A stretch of 63,576 bases of DNA, filler included, from Phoronis australis (lineage: Eukaryota; Animalia; Phoronida), in assembly GCA_002633005.1 (NCBI GenBank). It is 7 parts of 7 records of this genome, joined end to end, with 100 filler letters (N's around TTAATTAATTAA, not from the genome) between each part and the next. Parts side by side here need not be neighbours in the genome. Positions count along the whole stretch, not along the records: positions 52,366 to 63,576 come from NMRA01000970.1; 6 more parts are not named here. One strand, written 5' to 3'. Numbering within the stretch: the first letter of the stretch is position 1; each line of letters opens with the position of its first letter. Of the stretch, positions 62,401 through 63,576 are shown piece after piece. Position numbers and translations under genes: made by a program. The notes under the pieces were generated by a model. That model searched no databases. It was not told the DNA's origin and saw only the letters and a program-made list of their open reading frames with translations.

Positions 62401-63576
62401 AGTGCTGATCGAATCCAGCTTCCTATCGAACGCACTTCAGCCTTAGTCAGGCCTCGGGTGACCTTCAACCGGAGTGAGGTCAGGCTGCGCCTGTACGCGT
62501 TCTGAACTCGGTTGGGTTGTGACTCAACCTAAGACTGGCCTAGGTTGGACTCGGTTGGACTGCGGTTATTGAGTCATTAAATGTCCGGGGGGTTACCCCT
62601 GCATATGCTACCACTGACCACTGAACCTGCACTCATGGCTTGATTTCCTCGCAGGTTTTTGTCAAGGTTGTGCTTTTGTGTCGAATATGTTTCTTAATTA
62701 CATTGAGTGCTAGGATTTTCGGGGGAGGAATAAAATTACTAGACTTGGCATTTGACGACGGGAACGGTCGCAAAATTGATGGCGAAAGGTTGAAGGACAG
62801 ACTGCGAGTGGCATGACTACGGCACCATACAATTCGTAATTGCGAAGGGGAGGAAAAGACTGCAAGTGGTATGAATGCCGCGTGATTCTCTTCGGAGTTC
62901 GTGGTATCGATATTAGCTGTGCGGATTTCATTCGATCCAGTGGTGTAGAGGGGATGGTTATTTAACATAATGTGGACGAGCGACAAATAAATCACGTCTT
63001 GACGCTACTGAATGGAAGTGACTCAGAATCTTTTAAAAACTGGAGTATCCCCACAATTTTACAATGCAGTACGTGACCCCTTGCAGTAGTCCATGGGGCC
63101 ATTGATAAATTATGCCTCGTTTATAGCTTACTGTTTTGTGTTCATTTTGCCTTTTGGCACCATATTAAAGTTGTAGACTACCCCGGGTTACACAACAACT
63201 GCTTATCAGATTTCGCCGTATAAGTTGCAACTAGTGAAAGTGCCATCAATACGCGGCCGCGTTGTGATTTTATTTTTACTTACGCACAATGGCGAGGTAC
63301 AATTGGTGGTTCAGCAATGAGCCCTGAGGCAATCTTCGCACAAAGGAGCTAAGCCAACGCGATCAATACAGGCCGTGACTGGTCCGTGTGATCTGAAAGA
63401 ATGTCTCCGTCTTGCTTTCCTTAGCGGCTATACTGAACGATCGTGTTTTGTGTTGGGTCTAGCAGTTAGGTGCAATACAGCCACTGACGGAATATACTAA
63501 TAATTTCACGTACGCTGGTCAAAACACAAAAAATACTGTTTTAATTAGATGAGAAGCCTTGTCTTACCACAAAAAA

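Overview
AT-rich eukaryotic (invertebrate bilaterian-like) genomic DNA, not prokaryotic. Seven segments are joined by identical artificial 100-bp linkers (44 N + TTAATTAATTAA + 44 N), so adjacency across linkers is not evidence of real linkage. Spliced gene fragments were reconstructed from phase-consistent exons: EIF2AK4/GCN2 pseudokinase region (+), SNX13 (-), the 3' part of an uncharacterised gene with a 1446-bp repeat-containing exon (-), DPP7 (-), ubiquilin (-), a gene with a TRADD-N-like domain and a probable GC-AG intron (+), and a WSC-domain exon (-). Introns hold HINE/DINE-1-like Helentron derivatives, THAP-bearing Kolobok-like deletion derivatives, hAT-like MITEs with 5-6-bp target-site duplications (TSDs), a T-tailed tRNA-derived SINE, a BEL/Pao gag remnant and many minisatellites. 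Three observations stand out. (1) The HINE family carries co-oriented CTCF-like motifs spaced ~150 bp apart. (2) Two minisatellites are built from the host gene's own splice sites, giving arrays of decoy acceptors (DPP7) and donors (ubiquilin). (3) An inverted pair of minimal hammerhead ribozyme motifs of the Penelope type lies at 58.4-58.7 kb. Gene and family assignments are from recalled sequence similarity, not from database searches.
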